From NCBI RefSeq assembly GCF_009914755.1, contig NC_060944.1: a DNA stretch of 64,000 bases; one strand, given 5' to 3'. A model generated the notes under the pieces. The model did not search any database. It saw only the letters and a list, made by a program, of their open reading frames with translations, and was not told the DNA's origin. Below, one piece after another: positions 27,058 through 38,766 of the stretch. Within the stretch, counting starts at the first letter, position 1, and each line of letters starts with the position of its first letter. This DNA is from the human T2T-CHM13v2.0 reference genome, Homo sapiens. Position numbers and translations under genes: made by a program.

Positions 27058-27530
27058 TCACTTGCTAACAGGTGTGTACTGAGTACCCACCCCTGCCAGG
27101 CACTGCTCTGGGTGCTGGGACAGGGCAGGGAACAAAACAACGCCCCCTGCCCACCGCCCACTGCGAGGTTACTTTCGAGTCTGGAGGACAAGCAGTAGCC
27201 ATTGAACCGGCAACTGCATGATGTGCGGGAGGTGGGGGCTGTTCTAAAGGACGATAGAGGTGAAGGGCAAGGCCGTGTCAGGGGTCAGGAGGCCTCTCTG
27301 AGGAGGTGGGCGAGCCCTGGGAAGAGCACCCCAAGCAGAGGCACAGCAGGTGCACAGGCCCCGGGGCAGGAGAGACCTTGGTGATCCTGGGTGAGGAACA
27401 GCAGGGGGGCGGGTGTGGCTGGAGCCATGTGACCCAGGGGGAGGTGAGAGGAGATGAGGTCACAAGAGAGGGCGTGGAGTGAAGCGGTGAGGGGTGACCT
27501 GTGGCCTGTGGTCACTGTCTCCAGGTGAGC
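27058..27530 (-). mobile_element. L2 3' portion
   Basis: tactgagtaccc...ccaggcactgctctgggtgctggga; ggcctctctgaggaggtg. Confidence 0.8.
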
Positions 27531-27547
27531 AGGTCCCAGTGGAGAGC

Positions 27548-27728
27548 CAGGGCTCTCAGGGGTCGTTCTAGGGGGAGGAGCATCAGCACCCCGGGGCCCT
27601 GCTGGGAAAGCCAGCTTTCAGGCTCTGCTGAGACCTCCTGAATTGGAACCTTAGGGTGGGCCTCGCCATCGGAGTTTTAACAAGGCCTCCAGAAGATTCT
27701 GACACTCACCAGAGTCTGAGAGACACAG
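27548..27728. mobile_element. MER5A-like MITE
   Basis: agcatcagcacc...gttttaacaaggcctccagaagattctga...agtctgaga. Confidence 0.7.
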
Positions 27729-27759
27729 CAGAGCTAGAACCCGGGCTCCAGTTTTCACC

Positions 27760-28075
27760 CAGGAGACAGGAGGATTCTGGCTGGAAGGGCAGGAGGGACT
27801 GGGGTCCCCCCCAGAAGGAGCGCCCCAGGACGATGCCACACAAGGTGGACATTCGCTCCTCCTGGGAATGTTCTCTAAGGGTTGCTTGGACAGGAAAGTG
27901 GCTCTCTGAGCTGCCTGGCATTGGAGATGCTGGGGTGAGTGCCCCAGGAGCAGGCCTGCACTGGTGACTGACAGGCAGGAAATAAACACCCCAGCTTCCC
28001 CTGTGTCTGGGTGACTCTGAGGGGCGTCCCGTACACAGATCCCAGGCTGCTCAGCAGGATCGAGTTGGGAAGGGG
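27760..28075 (+). mobile_element. LTR16-like ERVL LTR fragment
   Basis: tgactgacaggcaggaaataaacaccccagcttccc...gactctgagg. Confidence 0.45.
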
Positions 28076-29102
28076 GTTCCAGGACAGGAAGCAGCATGAC
28101 TAGAGGTGGAAGAACCATGGCATATGCAGGGCACTGTGTGTAATTCCATCGGGCTGCAGTGTAAGCTTGCAGAGAGGAGGAGGGAGAGTGGAGTGAGATG
28201 GAAAGTGACTGATGAAATGTATGTCTCCCCAGGAACGTCGGTCACGGATAAGCCCCCAGTGAAGGGACTTAGGAAGCCTCTCCCCCTTTGTGTTCTTTCC
28301 CCAGAGAGTCTTCAGAGACTGGAAATGCTTGCCAGGGAGGAAGAACCACTTTCTGTCCTCCATCCTCAGGAGCACAGAAGGGTGAAGCTGAGCCCACATA
28401 GAGAAGCATCTCATGCTGTCTGCAGCGGCTGCAGCGCTCTCCTGGGGCAGGAGATGCTCAAAGGTCAACATGACTTTGAAAAGGGGCTGGGAGAAAAGCC
28501 CCCAGTGCTGGCTCTGGACTCACTATCCCAGGGCTCCTAAAGGGCTAAACATGACTAGATTGTAGTGAGCCTTTCCTAACATGCAAAGAAGCATCCAGGG
28601 ATAATGTCTAAATACAGATGTGCTATTTCTCTCCTCCTTCTTTTTCAACTTTTCCGTCACCCTCAGTGTCCTCACAGCAGCTTCCCCTTGTCCTGTGACA
28701 AACCTGGAGCAAGGTGCTTTGGGTGGGAGGCAGAGTAACATGGGAGACCCTGAGTTCTGCATGTCTCTGCCTGTATTTCCCTCCTTCCTTCTAGTTCATG
28801 GAGGTAAACAGGTGTGGCGACTCCTCCTGGCAGGGACTTTCACAGGACAGAGGCAGAAGCTACTTGAGAAAGATTTAGCTCATCAGAGCGAGGGGCGGGG
28901 TGGAGAGGGAAAGAGATGGAGGAGAAGATTACTGAAGAATGGAAAGGTGCAATGTCCCCCAGGTCCTAGGGATGTGCTGGAATGCAGAGGGTGGCTGTGA
29001 GGTCCCACACCTGCAAGCGGGAGTCACTGGATTCCACAGGTGGCTGACCTGCTGACCAGAGATGTGAGCCCAGTTTCCTCTTCTGTAAAATCAGGCGTAG
29101 CC

Positions 29103-29264
29103 CGGTGGCTTTCAACCCTGGCTGTATGTTAGTGACACCTGGGAAGTTTTAAAGATTTCTGACGCCCACATCGGACTCCAGATCTATCAGATCAGAACAT
29201 CTGGGTTTAGTATCTTTAGTGTCCCTCAGGTGACTCAAATATGCAGCCAAGATGGAGAGCACTA
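29103..29264. mobile_element. MER5-like MITE
   Basis: caaccctggctgtatgttag...cacctggga...caggtgactcaaatatgcagccaag. Confidence 0.7.
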
Positions 29265-29309
29265 ACCTAAGCTAAGTCCTGTTTATGAGAATTTAGAGAC
29301 CAAGAAACA

Positions 29310-29460
29310 CTTAGAGCAGGTAGGATCCTAAGAAATCACCTGATGCAACTCCTACCATTCGCAGGGGAAGAAACTGGTTTTCAGAGAGGCCAAATCATTC
29401 ACCCAAGGACACAGAGCATGCTAGTGGCAGAGCCATTTCCAATATTCCCTCTGCCTCTTG
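29310..29460 (-). mobile_element. MIR fragment
   Basis: gaagaaactgg...cagagagg...cccaaggacacagagcatgctagtggcagagcc. Confidence 0.6.
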
Positions 29461-30803
29461 ACCTCCCTAGAAGACCCACTTGAAGCTCTCAACTTCACAG
29501 TAGAGCTGGGTCTGAGAGGCCCACATGGGATCCCTGATTCCAGGAAGGAAGCCCAGGCCTCCTGGCAGCTCAGTGAGTCACACTGCAGCAGTGGCCCTGA
29601 GGCCCCTCCTTGAAGAAAAATTCCAGGAGGCTTGAAATGCTCTCCAAGATATAGAAAAGGAAGATGTGCCTGGAAACTGGAGAAGATTGCACAGTGGATA
29701 TAAATATTTGGGTTTTGTGGCTTCTTTTCCCCGCAAAAAATAAACATGGCAGAATTGCTTCTCACTGAAAGGGCATCTGGGTTTCATAAACAGACCATAA
29801 AGAGGCACCTGGAGACCCAGAACATCCCCAAATCAGCATCTGTCCCTGCCTTCTGGCTGTACCTCCATCCTCCTCGGTCTCTCTCTCTCACCCAGGCTCA
29901 CAATACAAGGAAGCACTCTTGCCTTTTGGAAAAAGGACGGCCTTCTCCCCACCACTTGTCTCTTGGCTCCTCCCACAGGTGGAGGGTGAATCTGATTGGT
30001 GGGAAGATAAGACTCTGGGCTCCTCCAGTGGGCGGGGCTAATATGCAAATGGTCAAAAGAGTTAGGATGCTTTTGGCGGCAACTAACAGAAAATGCAGCT
30101 AAAAGTGGCTTATTTTCTTGCTACGTAAAATGGGTTCCATGAACCAGCAATATCAGTTCATTAGAAATGCAGAATCTCAGGTAATACCCAACACTTACTG
30201 AATCAGAATCTGCTTTTCTCTTTTTAACAAGATGACCCAGGTGATTCATATGCATATTAAATTTTTTAATTACTTAGAGTCAAGTTTATTTTGCTTAAGC
30301 TTTCTACCTGGCTGAATATCTAATTACATATTAATTCCAAATCTTCCCCAACGCCCCCGCTACGTTTTCCTGTTTGAAAAAAAAATCACAATACCAGAAG
30401 GAATTGATTTCTGATATGTAATATACATTATTTAACCGCCTTCGTGCAGTTCAGGAAATGGGTTCCCCACATTAATTCATGGAGCCACAAAAAATTTAGT
30501 GAAATTTGGCTAAATAATTTTAGATTCACACGTGATTGTAAGAAATAGGAAAAATCTCACATGCACTTCACTCATTTCCCCCCAATAATACCATCTTCCT
30601 AATTATAGTAAAGTTTCACAACCAAAATATTGACTCTGATACAATCCATCTATCTGACCCGGGTTTCACCAGTTTTATATGCACTAATTAGTGTGTATTT
30701 AGTTCTTTGAAAGTTTATTACATGTTTAGATTCATGTGACCACCACCATTAAGATTGAAAACAGTTCCTTCCTAAGCATTCCTCACGCTGTCCTTTTATA
30801 GCT

Positions 30804-31461
30804 TGTTCCATGAAGAGCAGGTCTATGTAAACCTTTCCCCAAAGGCCCAGCAAGCTGAGAGGCTGAAGAAAGAAGCTGACAAATCCAGCTTCTATGAAAG
30901 AAACATTTAGTAGGGACCTACTAAAGCGATATTTCAGGTGGCTGCCAGACTGTGGATCCCTACGCCCACTCTCCAGAAAATATCCTTTAGATAGGAAGCT
31001 TCTGTTTTTGTAAAATACGTGCAACTACTCACACCTCAGATTGTGACACTTGTGACCGCTAAGGAGGTTAGATAAACATATTTATGAGGGGTTATCTATG
31101 CTATAGGCATTGTTTCTTTTTCTTTTTATTATACTTTAAGTTCTAGGTTCATGTGCACAACGTGCAGGTTTGTTACATATGTATACATGTGCCATGTTGG
31201 TGGGCTGCACCTGTTAACTCATCATTTACATTAGGTATATCTCCCAATGCTATCCCTCCCCCCTCCCCCCACCCCATGACAGGCCCCGGTGTGTGATGTT
31301 CCCCACCCTGTGTCCAAGTGTTCTCATTGTTCAATTCCCTTTATGAGAGGTTATCTACACTATGAGAGCACCTTAGTATGCAAGAGTCAAACACTGGTCA
31401 TCATGGCGGTTTTGCTTCAAGATGGTGTCACTCTTGCCACACAAAAGGTTGTTTTCCTACA
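30804..31461 (-). mobile_element. ERV1 MER4-group solo LTR (MER72/MER49-like)
   Basis: Minus-strand start tgtaggaaaacaacc...ggcaagagtgacaccatcttgaagc; perfect TSD tagct at 30799-30803 and 31462-31466. Confidence 0.8.
31113..31339 (-). mobile_element. L1PA 3' end (5'-truncated, ~225 bp)
   Basis: ttattatactttaagttctagg...gtgcacaacgtgcagg...ccctccccccaccccatgacaggccccggtgtgtgatg. Confidence 0.95.
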
Positions 31462-31496
31462 TAGCTATACTCTTCTCCTTCCTTCCTCTACTCCTA

Positions 31497-31860
<364 letters not shown>

Positions 31861-33427
31861 CTAAGTGAGATCATATAGTGCATAACCTTTTGAGATTGGT
31901 TTTTTTCACTGAGCTTAATTCCCAGGCGATTCATCCATGCCATCACAGGTATTAATAGCTTGGTCCCTTTCATGGCTGAATAGTATTTCATAGTAGAGAT
32001 GCACCAGTTTGTTTAACTCATTCATCGAAGGACATTTGGGTTGTTTTCCAATTTTTCACTATTATCAGCAAAGTTGCTATGATTATTCGTATATAAATTT
32101 TTATCTGAATACAAGTTTTCATTTCTCTGGGACAAATGCCCAAGAGTGCAAATGCTGGGTTATGTGGTAAGCGCATGTCTAATTTTTGGAAGAAACTGCT
32201 GAACTGTTTTCCAGAGCATCTGTGTATCAGCAATGTATTGTATGAGCAATCCAATTTTTCTATACCCTTGTCATCATTTACTGTTACCACTATTTTTTAT
32301 TTTAGCCACTTTCATGTGGGTATTTAGTGATTTTAATTTGCATTTTCCTTATGGATAATGATGTTGAACATCTTTTTGTGTACTTACTTGCCATTCATAT
32401 ATCACCACTGGTGAAATAGCTGTTCATGTCTTTTGCTCATTTCCTAAATGGATTTTTTTTTTTACTGTTGAGTTTTAATAATTCTTTATATTATTCTAGG
32501 TATTAAATCCTTTGTAGCATAAGTGGTTTGAAAATATTTTCTCCTAGTACATAGCTTGTCTTTTCATCCTCTTCACAAGGCCTTTCGCAGAGCAAAAGTT
32601 TCAAATTTTATTGAGGTCCAGTTGATCAATTTTTCCTTTTGCGCATTGTGTTTTCTGTGTCAAGTCTAAGAACTCTTCTTCTAGCCCTGGGTCCTGAAGA
32701 TTTTCTCCTAAGTATTTTTTTAAAAAGTTTTATAGTTTTACGTGTTACATTATGAGTCCAAAATCCATTTTTGAGTTAATTTTTGTATCATGTGTGACAG
32801 GGTGTGATTAATTTTTTGTCTATGTATGCCCAATTTTTTTTCTGACACTATTTGTTGAAAAGGCTATTGAATATTAAAGTTCTAGAAGCACAGGCTTAAA
32901 TTACAAAGGCATTTTTTTTTTTACTCACTTAACAAGACGTCCAGAAAAGGCAACTCCAATTTGGCTTACTCTGTAGCTCTAGGAAGTCTCTGTCTGCATC
33001 TCTGGGATTCTCTGGTCTTCGCCTTGGGGTTTCCGGTGGTTGTTGTGGCTCCAGCATCACCAGCCTGTGTCCAGAACAGAGGAAGGGAAGGAGAGCTGGG
33101 AGATTTTTCTCCTGTGTGGCTTGGGAAGGCTTTCCCAGAAGCCTCTAGTAGATGTCTCTTAGGTCCCATTAGCTATTAATAGAACTGGATGACAGGCCTA
33201 CTCGCAAACCAATCACAAGCAAAGGGGAGAGGATTACTGTGATTGGCTTTGAACCACTGACCAATCACTTTGCTCTGCTTAGGGCTGAGGCAGGGCCACC
33301 TTCCTTCAGCACATTGTTTTCTACTGGAGGGGTGAACAAAAGTGTGGCTCTGTTACCAAGGAAGAAAGGAAAGTGGTTGCTCAGTGTCTGCTGTGAACCT
33401 GGCTGTCCCTATGTGTCCTCTCTCCTC

Positions 33428-33458
33428 TGTGTATGTGTGTGTGTGTGTGTGTGTGTGT
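33428..33458. repeat. (TG)n microsatellite
   Basis: Read directly. Confidence 0.95.
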
Positions 33459-33614
33459 CTTGCAAACATCAGTGCACAACACACCACAGTCCCATAATTC
33501 AGTGGAGTGTGTATCTGCTCGGCAGACTCCACTGTCCCCACAGTCAGGGTCCAGGCACTAGAAGGTATGTGGCAGGAAGGTAGAGGAAGACCCAAGCCAC
33601 AGACCCCCATCCAA

Positions 33615-33990
33615 CTTCGAGTGCAAGCAATGGAAACCGACTCTGGATTCCTTGATTTAATTTTTTGAAGACATTTATAGGAAGAAATGGGTTAAGTCTG
33701 TAGGAAAATTAAATATGAAGAGCCAGATTCACGGGGCTTGGGGACATCAGGGCAGCTCCTGGGTCCTCTGTGTGGCCATCATGGTGAATCCACTCATGTG
33801 TCACTGTTCACCATTCAGGTCCCCACAGGAGGACAGGATGGTCCTGTCTTGGCCACATGTTACCCCCTGGACTCGGGGACAGTGTTGTCATTTGACTGAA
33901 AGTCCCTCCTCACCACAAGGACAGGGATGGGGAGTTTCTCAGCGGAAGCCCAAGGATTTGCTTAGGCCTGGAGAGCAAACCCCACACGCC
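33615..33990 (-). mobile_element. Old MLT1 (L/N-like) LTR fragment
   Basis: tgcaagcaatggaaaccgactctgg start; tggccacatg...ccccctgg. Confidence 0.45.
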
Positions 33991-34198
33991 CTCCACACAT
34001 CACCTGCACAGACGCCCCTCCAGCTGAGCCAGCCTGCTCACTGCCCCTCAGACAGTCTTCCCTCCCATCCTTGCTTGTGCTGGGACCCCTCCTGGAAGGC
34101 TCCCCTCTCCTGCTTGCTCTTCTAACTTTCATGATCCTTCAAGACTCTAGTTAAGCCACCCTCCTCCTCCAACAAGCACCAGCCATTGCTGCTGCTGT

Positions 34199-34413
34199 GT
34201 CGAGGTTTCTGAACCTCAGCATTATTGACATTTTGGGCTGGGCAGTCTCTGTTGTGGGACTGTCCTGCACATTGTACAGGATGCTTACAGCATCTCTGGC
34301 CTCTACCCAGTAAATGCCAGTTACACCTTTACCTAGTCGTGACAACCAAAACTGTGTCCAGACATTAGCAAGTGTTCCCCGGAGGGGACAACTGCCCCTG
34401 GTTGAGAGCCACT
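34199..34413. mobile_element. MER20, near full length
   Basis: ggtttctgaacctcagcattattgacattttgggctgg...gtgacaaccaaaa...cctggttgagagccact. Confidence 0.92.
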
Positions 34414-37192
34414 CCTTTTCTGAACCTGAGTCACTAAGATTTACTGCCATAGCAACTTAATTACATTGTGATGTTTACTTAACTTCTCACTGCTGCTTAT
34501 TACTTTGGCAGACTGCAGCCAGCCAGAGAACAGCCAGGTTAACCCATACGGTGGCCCCACACTAAGTTGTCTCCCACACCGTGTAGGGATGGCTCAGTGC
34601 ACAGGGAGCATGGTGGGGTTTGGGCTTGATGGCTTTGAAGCCTCTGCTAGACTGGGAGGCACACAGTTTGGTACCATGTCTGGATGCAACGTCATGTTCC
34701 TGAGGCAGGATGGTGCTTGTGCACCGAAGACAGTCTTGCTGGCTGCGGTGAAGGACAGAGCTCTCGGTGGATCCAGTGGGAACCAAAGCCTGCTGTAACC
34801 CTCCAATAGTAACAGCCATCCGCTCAACCTCTGGGCCCAGGCACGCCTCACAGGAGCTCTCTACGGGCACTGTCTCATCCATAATGAATTAGGTATCAGT
34901 GTCTGGTTTTTAGAGATTCGGAAACTGAGGCCAGAGCATTCTAATGTCCTAAGCACATTCATGGTGAGTAGGAGCAGAGCTGGCTTCCACCTGCAGGGTC
35001 TGAGTCTAGGGTCAGTGCTCATAGCCACGATTCTCGTAGGCTACCCAGGCCCACTGTCTCCTTGAGCACCCATGTGCCCCATGCAGCATGTAACTTGTAG
35101 GAAATGAAGGCGTTTGCCAGCCTTTGCCTGTGTCCAGTGTGAACTCATCTCCTATTTAGCACAAAGTTATTACATTAGAGTTACTGATTTAGTGGATACA
35201 TCACTTTACTCTGTCATCTTGACAGCGATAAGATCTGCATTTTGCTCACTTCTGGATCACGCAATCTAGCAGAATTCTTCATGCATGGCAGGAACTCATC
35301 ATTATTTGCCTCATTTAATTGAATTGTATTATGGTTCTGTGGACACTTCATCACACCTAACAGTGTTTTGTACAAAGCAATTGTTAAAAAATACTTTTCA
35401 AAGGGCTAAATGTTTGATCAATCAATAGATTTTTAATTGAGCATCCTTACAAGTTAATATCATAAAGTGATGATAAAAGTGTTTTTATTACTGTGTGTTG
35501 GTTACCCGGATTAAATGTTTCTTGAAGCCTCAGAGTGCATGATGATTCAGTTCTTCTGATTTTAAGCTCGGATCTATTCAGTGACGAGATATGCAGGTCT
35601 GGAAGCCTCTGAAATTTATAATGTGGATGCTGAGAACCCATGATGCTGGTGGCCAATTTTGAAAATTGTTACAGAAATTTATATTCATTAGACATGATGG
35701 CAAGTTCTGGAATGGTATTCTGCAGAGTCAATTTAAAGAAATTTGTTTCAAGGAGATAACTGAGGAAGCAGCAAGCAGAGACACTAACTTGGATGTGACA
35801 CCGCTGAGAGACAAAACTCAGCTTGATGAATGCAGCCAAGCCAGGAAAGGGCTGTGGACCTGTCCCAGAGGGGCCACCTATTTTCTGACAATTGGCAATG
35901 TTATCTATTAACTAGAAATCTGTTATGGGACAAGGAGAAGATTGCCTGCAGCCCTCGGAGAATAAGACAGTTGTCCTCTTGGCTTCTATATAATATGTCT
36001 CTAAGCAATGTTTTAGGATTTATCAGCGGTGAGATCCTTGGATATTTAACCAAGTCCCCCTGAGGGCTATAACATGGTAGTGATGGGAAATAGAGCTGGG
36101 GGCAGGGGAAGAAAAGCTGGGATGTAGCTGTTACCCCTAAGCACATTCTCCTGAAGTGATATCTTTGCAATAATCTGTTTCAATAATATGTTGACATGGG
36201 CAGTATTAAGACAATAATCAGAAGAATTTAGAGGAAGCATTCTGAAATATGCGAGTGCAGTGTAAGTGGCCAGAATGTGAGACTCCCAGGTGAAGTCGAG
36301 GGTGAAGAGTCTACATGGAAGTGTGCTCTCTCACCGCCCCCCTACAAATGGCAGAAGACTCCATGCAGACTCACCCCCAGTCCACCGCCAGAGTTAGGAC
36401 CAGCCTCTGACTCTGCGACTTATAAGATGGGAGAGTGGGAGTGCGGGAACTATCCCCCTCTCTGGAGGAGGAGGAAGCCTCAGGGCTGCAAAAGCTGCAG
36501 GCACGTTCTTCTCTGGTGCTCTGCCATGGGATTCATGCTACAGCCTGCATGACTTTCAGAGCCAGAGCTTGGAACTGCTTATCCTATGCTGGGAGTTTCT
36601 TTTGCCAAGGGTTGTGTCTCCTGCTGGGAGTGCAAATACATCTACATCACCTTCCAGGCAGGGAGGGAGAGGACTAAAAGACGGCACCAGCAAATCACTT
36701 TAAGCAGGCAGCAAAACCACAAAAATAAACCCTTGAAAATGGGACTGAATGACACGCCCACATCACTGATAAATGCCATTTTCAGCAGACTCATCTCTTC
36801 GCCAGAGAGATCAGTCAACTTGGACTCTTGTTACCATCACATTTGGCACCAGGTATCTGCTACACTCTACAACCATTCTCAAGTTCGTGTGCAGTTGGCC
36901 CTGTAATGGGGAGCTGAGTTGGTTTGAAAAGCCCTAATTACAAGGCTTAGTGTTTTTCTTTGTAAAAGGGATTTTTGAGTTTAGAAACAAAGTGACTGTA
37001 GGTACAAACAGATGCAAAGCTTCAAAAAGTAGTTTATTTTTCATTCTGTGCCTCTATTCACCCAAAGCACAACCCTCCACCTCACTCCATCCCTGGCCAA
37101 AAACTGTGGCAGCGGAGGTTGGAGAAGTAAGCACAATATTTTCTTTAGGCTTGGAGAGTAAAGACCTCCCTAGGTAGCATGTCATTTCCAAA

Positions 37193-37738
37193 TGTTACTA
37201 TCTTTCCAATTGATCTCATCCAGAGTTCTTTGTCTCAGGACCAAGAGAATTAAGGAGCATGGACACAAAGCGTGAGGTTGGAGTGAAAGTTTAATAAGTA
37301 AAAGAAGAAAGCTCTCTGCCACAGAGACGGAGCCTGAAAGAGGGTTGCCGTTTTTACAGTTGAATGCAAAGGCTTTTATAAGAAACTGATGAGGGCTGGG
37401 CATCTCATTTGTGTAAGGCTCGAATTTCTGGTAGCTCCACCCCATCCTCCTAATGCACCTGTGGCCCCTTAGCTTGAGTTACTTCATATTGTTTGTTCTT
37501 CTTACTGTTTATGTGTTAGCGGATGGAATTTTCCATTATGGGCATGTCCGGGCAAGTCACCTGTGTAGCCTTTATTACCTGTGCAGACGTAAGCATGTCT
37601 CAGGCAAGCTCCCCTGTGCAAGTTCCCTTATCTGTGCCTGTAGCTCGAGTTATCAGGCTGTTCCTTTGTTTGAAAGAATTCAACTGAGGACCCACCCTAA
37701 CTGCCTGCCTGACTGGTTTCTTGTTTTCTCTTTTCTCA
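37193..37738 (-). mobile_element. MER61-like ERV1 solo LTR
   Basis: gttctttgtctcaggaccaagagaattaaggagcatggacacaaag...gacccaccctaactgcctgcctga; TG...CA termini. Confidence 0.8.
37540..37611. promoter_or_regulatory. Two p53 response elements within the MER61-like LTR
   Basis: GGGCATGTCC GGGCAAGTCA (19/20, spacer 0) and AAGCATGTCT c AGGCAAGCTC (20/20, spacer 1) versus RRRCWWGYYY x2. Confidence 0.75.
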
Positions 37739-37865
37739 CTAATTGCCCTTGGAAACTCAACATTGGAGATCCTCATGGAATATTGAGGTGCAAGGGGCCC
37801 TTGGAGTTGCCCTGTTGTTGGGGTGGGTACCTCAGTGAGTGAGGTCCTGCAGGGAGGCTGGGCTA

Positions 37866-38025
37866 TGAGCCCCTGCACTCGGCATCAGGACTCAACTCCT
37901 CTGGTCTGTCTGGAGTCCTTCCTGGGCATTACCCTGACTTCTGAGCCCCTGCACTCGGCGTCAGGACTTGACTCCTCTGGTCTGTCTGGGGTCCTTCCTG
38001 GGCATTACCCTGACTTCTGGGCCCC
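37866..38025. repeat. 76-bp tandem duplication
   Basis: tgagcccctgcactcggc...accctgacttc at 37866 and 37942, 4 mismatches. Confidence 0.96.
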
Positions 38026-38355
38026 ACTCATGACAGAGATCTTTTTATACAGATGACTTTCTTGCTGGACGTCATCTTAGCCTCCTTTTTTTGTGCAACA
38101 GTTTAGAAGCTCCATTAAGAAAAAAAAAAACTTTATTTTTTAGAAGTGGACTAATACATACCTCAAACTGTCAACCCACATTGTGATGGTGGAGCCATGG
38201 GGGTCTCCAGGAAGTGGATTATTCCCTAGACCCCTCTCTTCCAGAGAAGTGCATGGTGTATGTGTGTGCATATGTCTATGTGCACTGGGGTGTGTGCCTG
38301 TGAGCACGTGTGCAGGGTGTGTGTGTGTGTGTGTGTGCGTGCACATGTGTACATA

Positions 38356-38766
38356 TGTGGAGGCCAGAGAAGTTCCATTTCGGAAGTGAATCCACCATGT
38401 TGGCTTCTGATTACTCCCAGTTTCAGGAAGACTTCTAAGATTTTCAGTTTATCTATTGTTCCTTGTGTAAGAGCAGGTACTTACTGTAAATCCTGCCCTT
38501 AGTTCAAACAACCTTGATGTTATCTTACTTCAATAGTTCTACACATCCCTTCTGAATCACCCCTTCCCTGTGGGTCTGGGGAGTAATGGTGTGGGGATGC
38601 ATCACCTTGTCTCACCTCCAACCAGGAGACAGACATGGCTTTTGTTTGCACATCCCTATTACATGTTTCTTCCTAAGAAACTGGATTTGTCAGCCTCTCT
38701 GTTCATCCTTTCAGCTTCCTCGGAATTTTGAGGGTAGGCTTGCATAGGCCTGGCTGCTGTGGAACA
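38356..38766 (+). mobile_element. LTR47-like ERV solo LTR inserted in a TG-rich tract
   Basis: tgtggaggcc...ccatgttggcttctgatta...tacttactgtaaatcctgcccttag...aagaaactggatttgtcagcctct...ggaaca. Confidence 0.75.

Noticed and set aside
36331-36352. CTCF-like accgccccccta
   Set aside because: 5' half of the motif mismatched; 25680-25693 (12/14) is also only marginal
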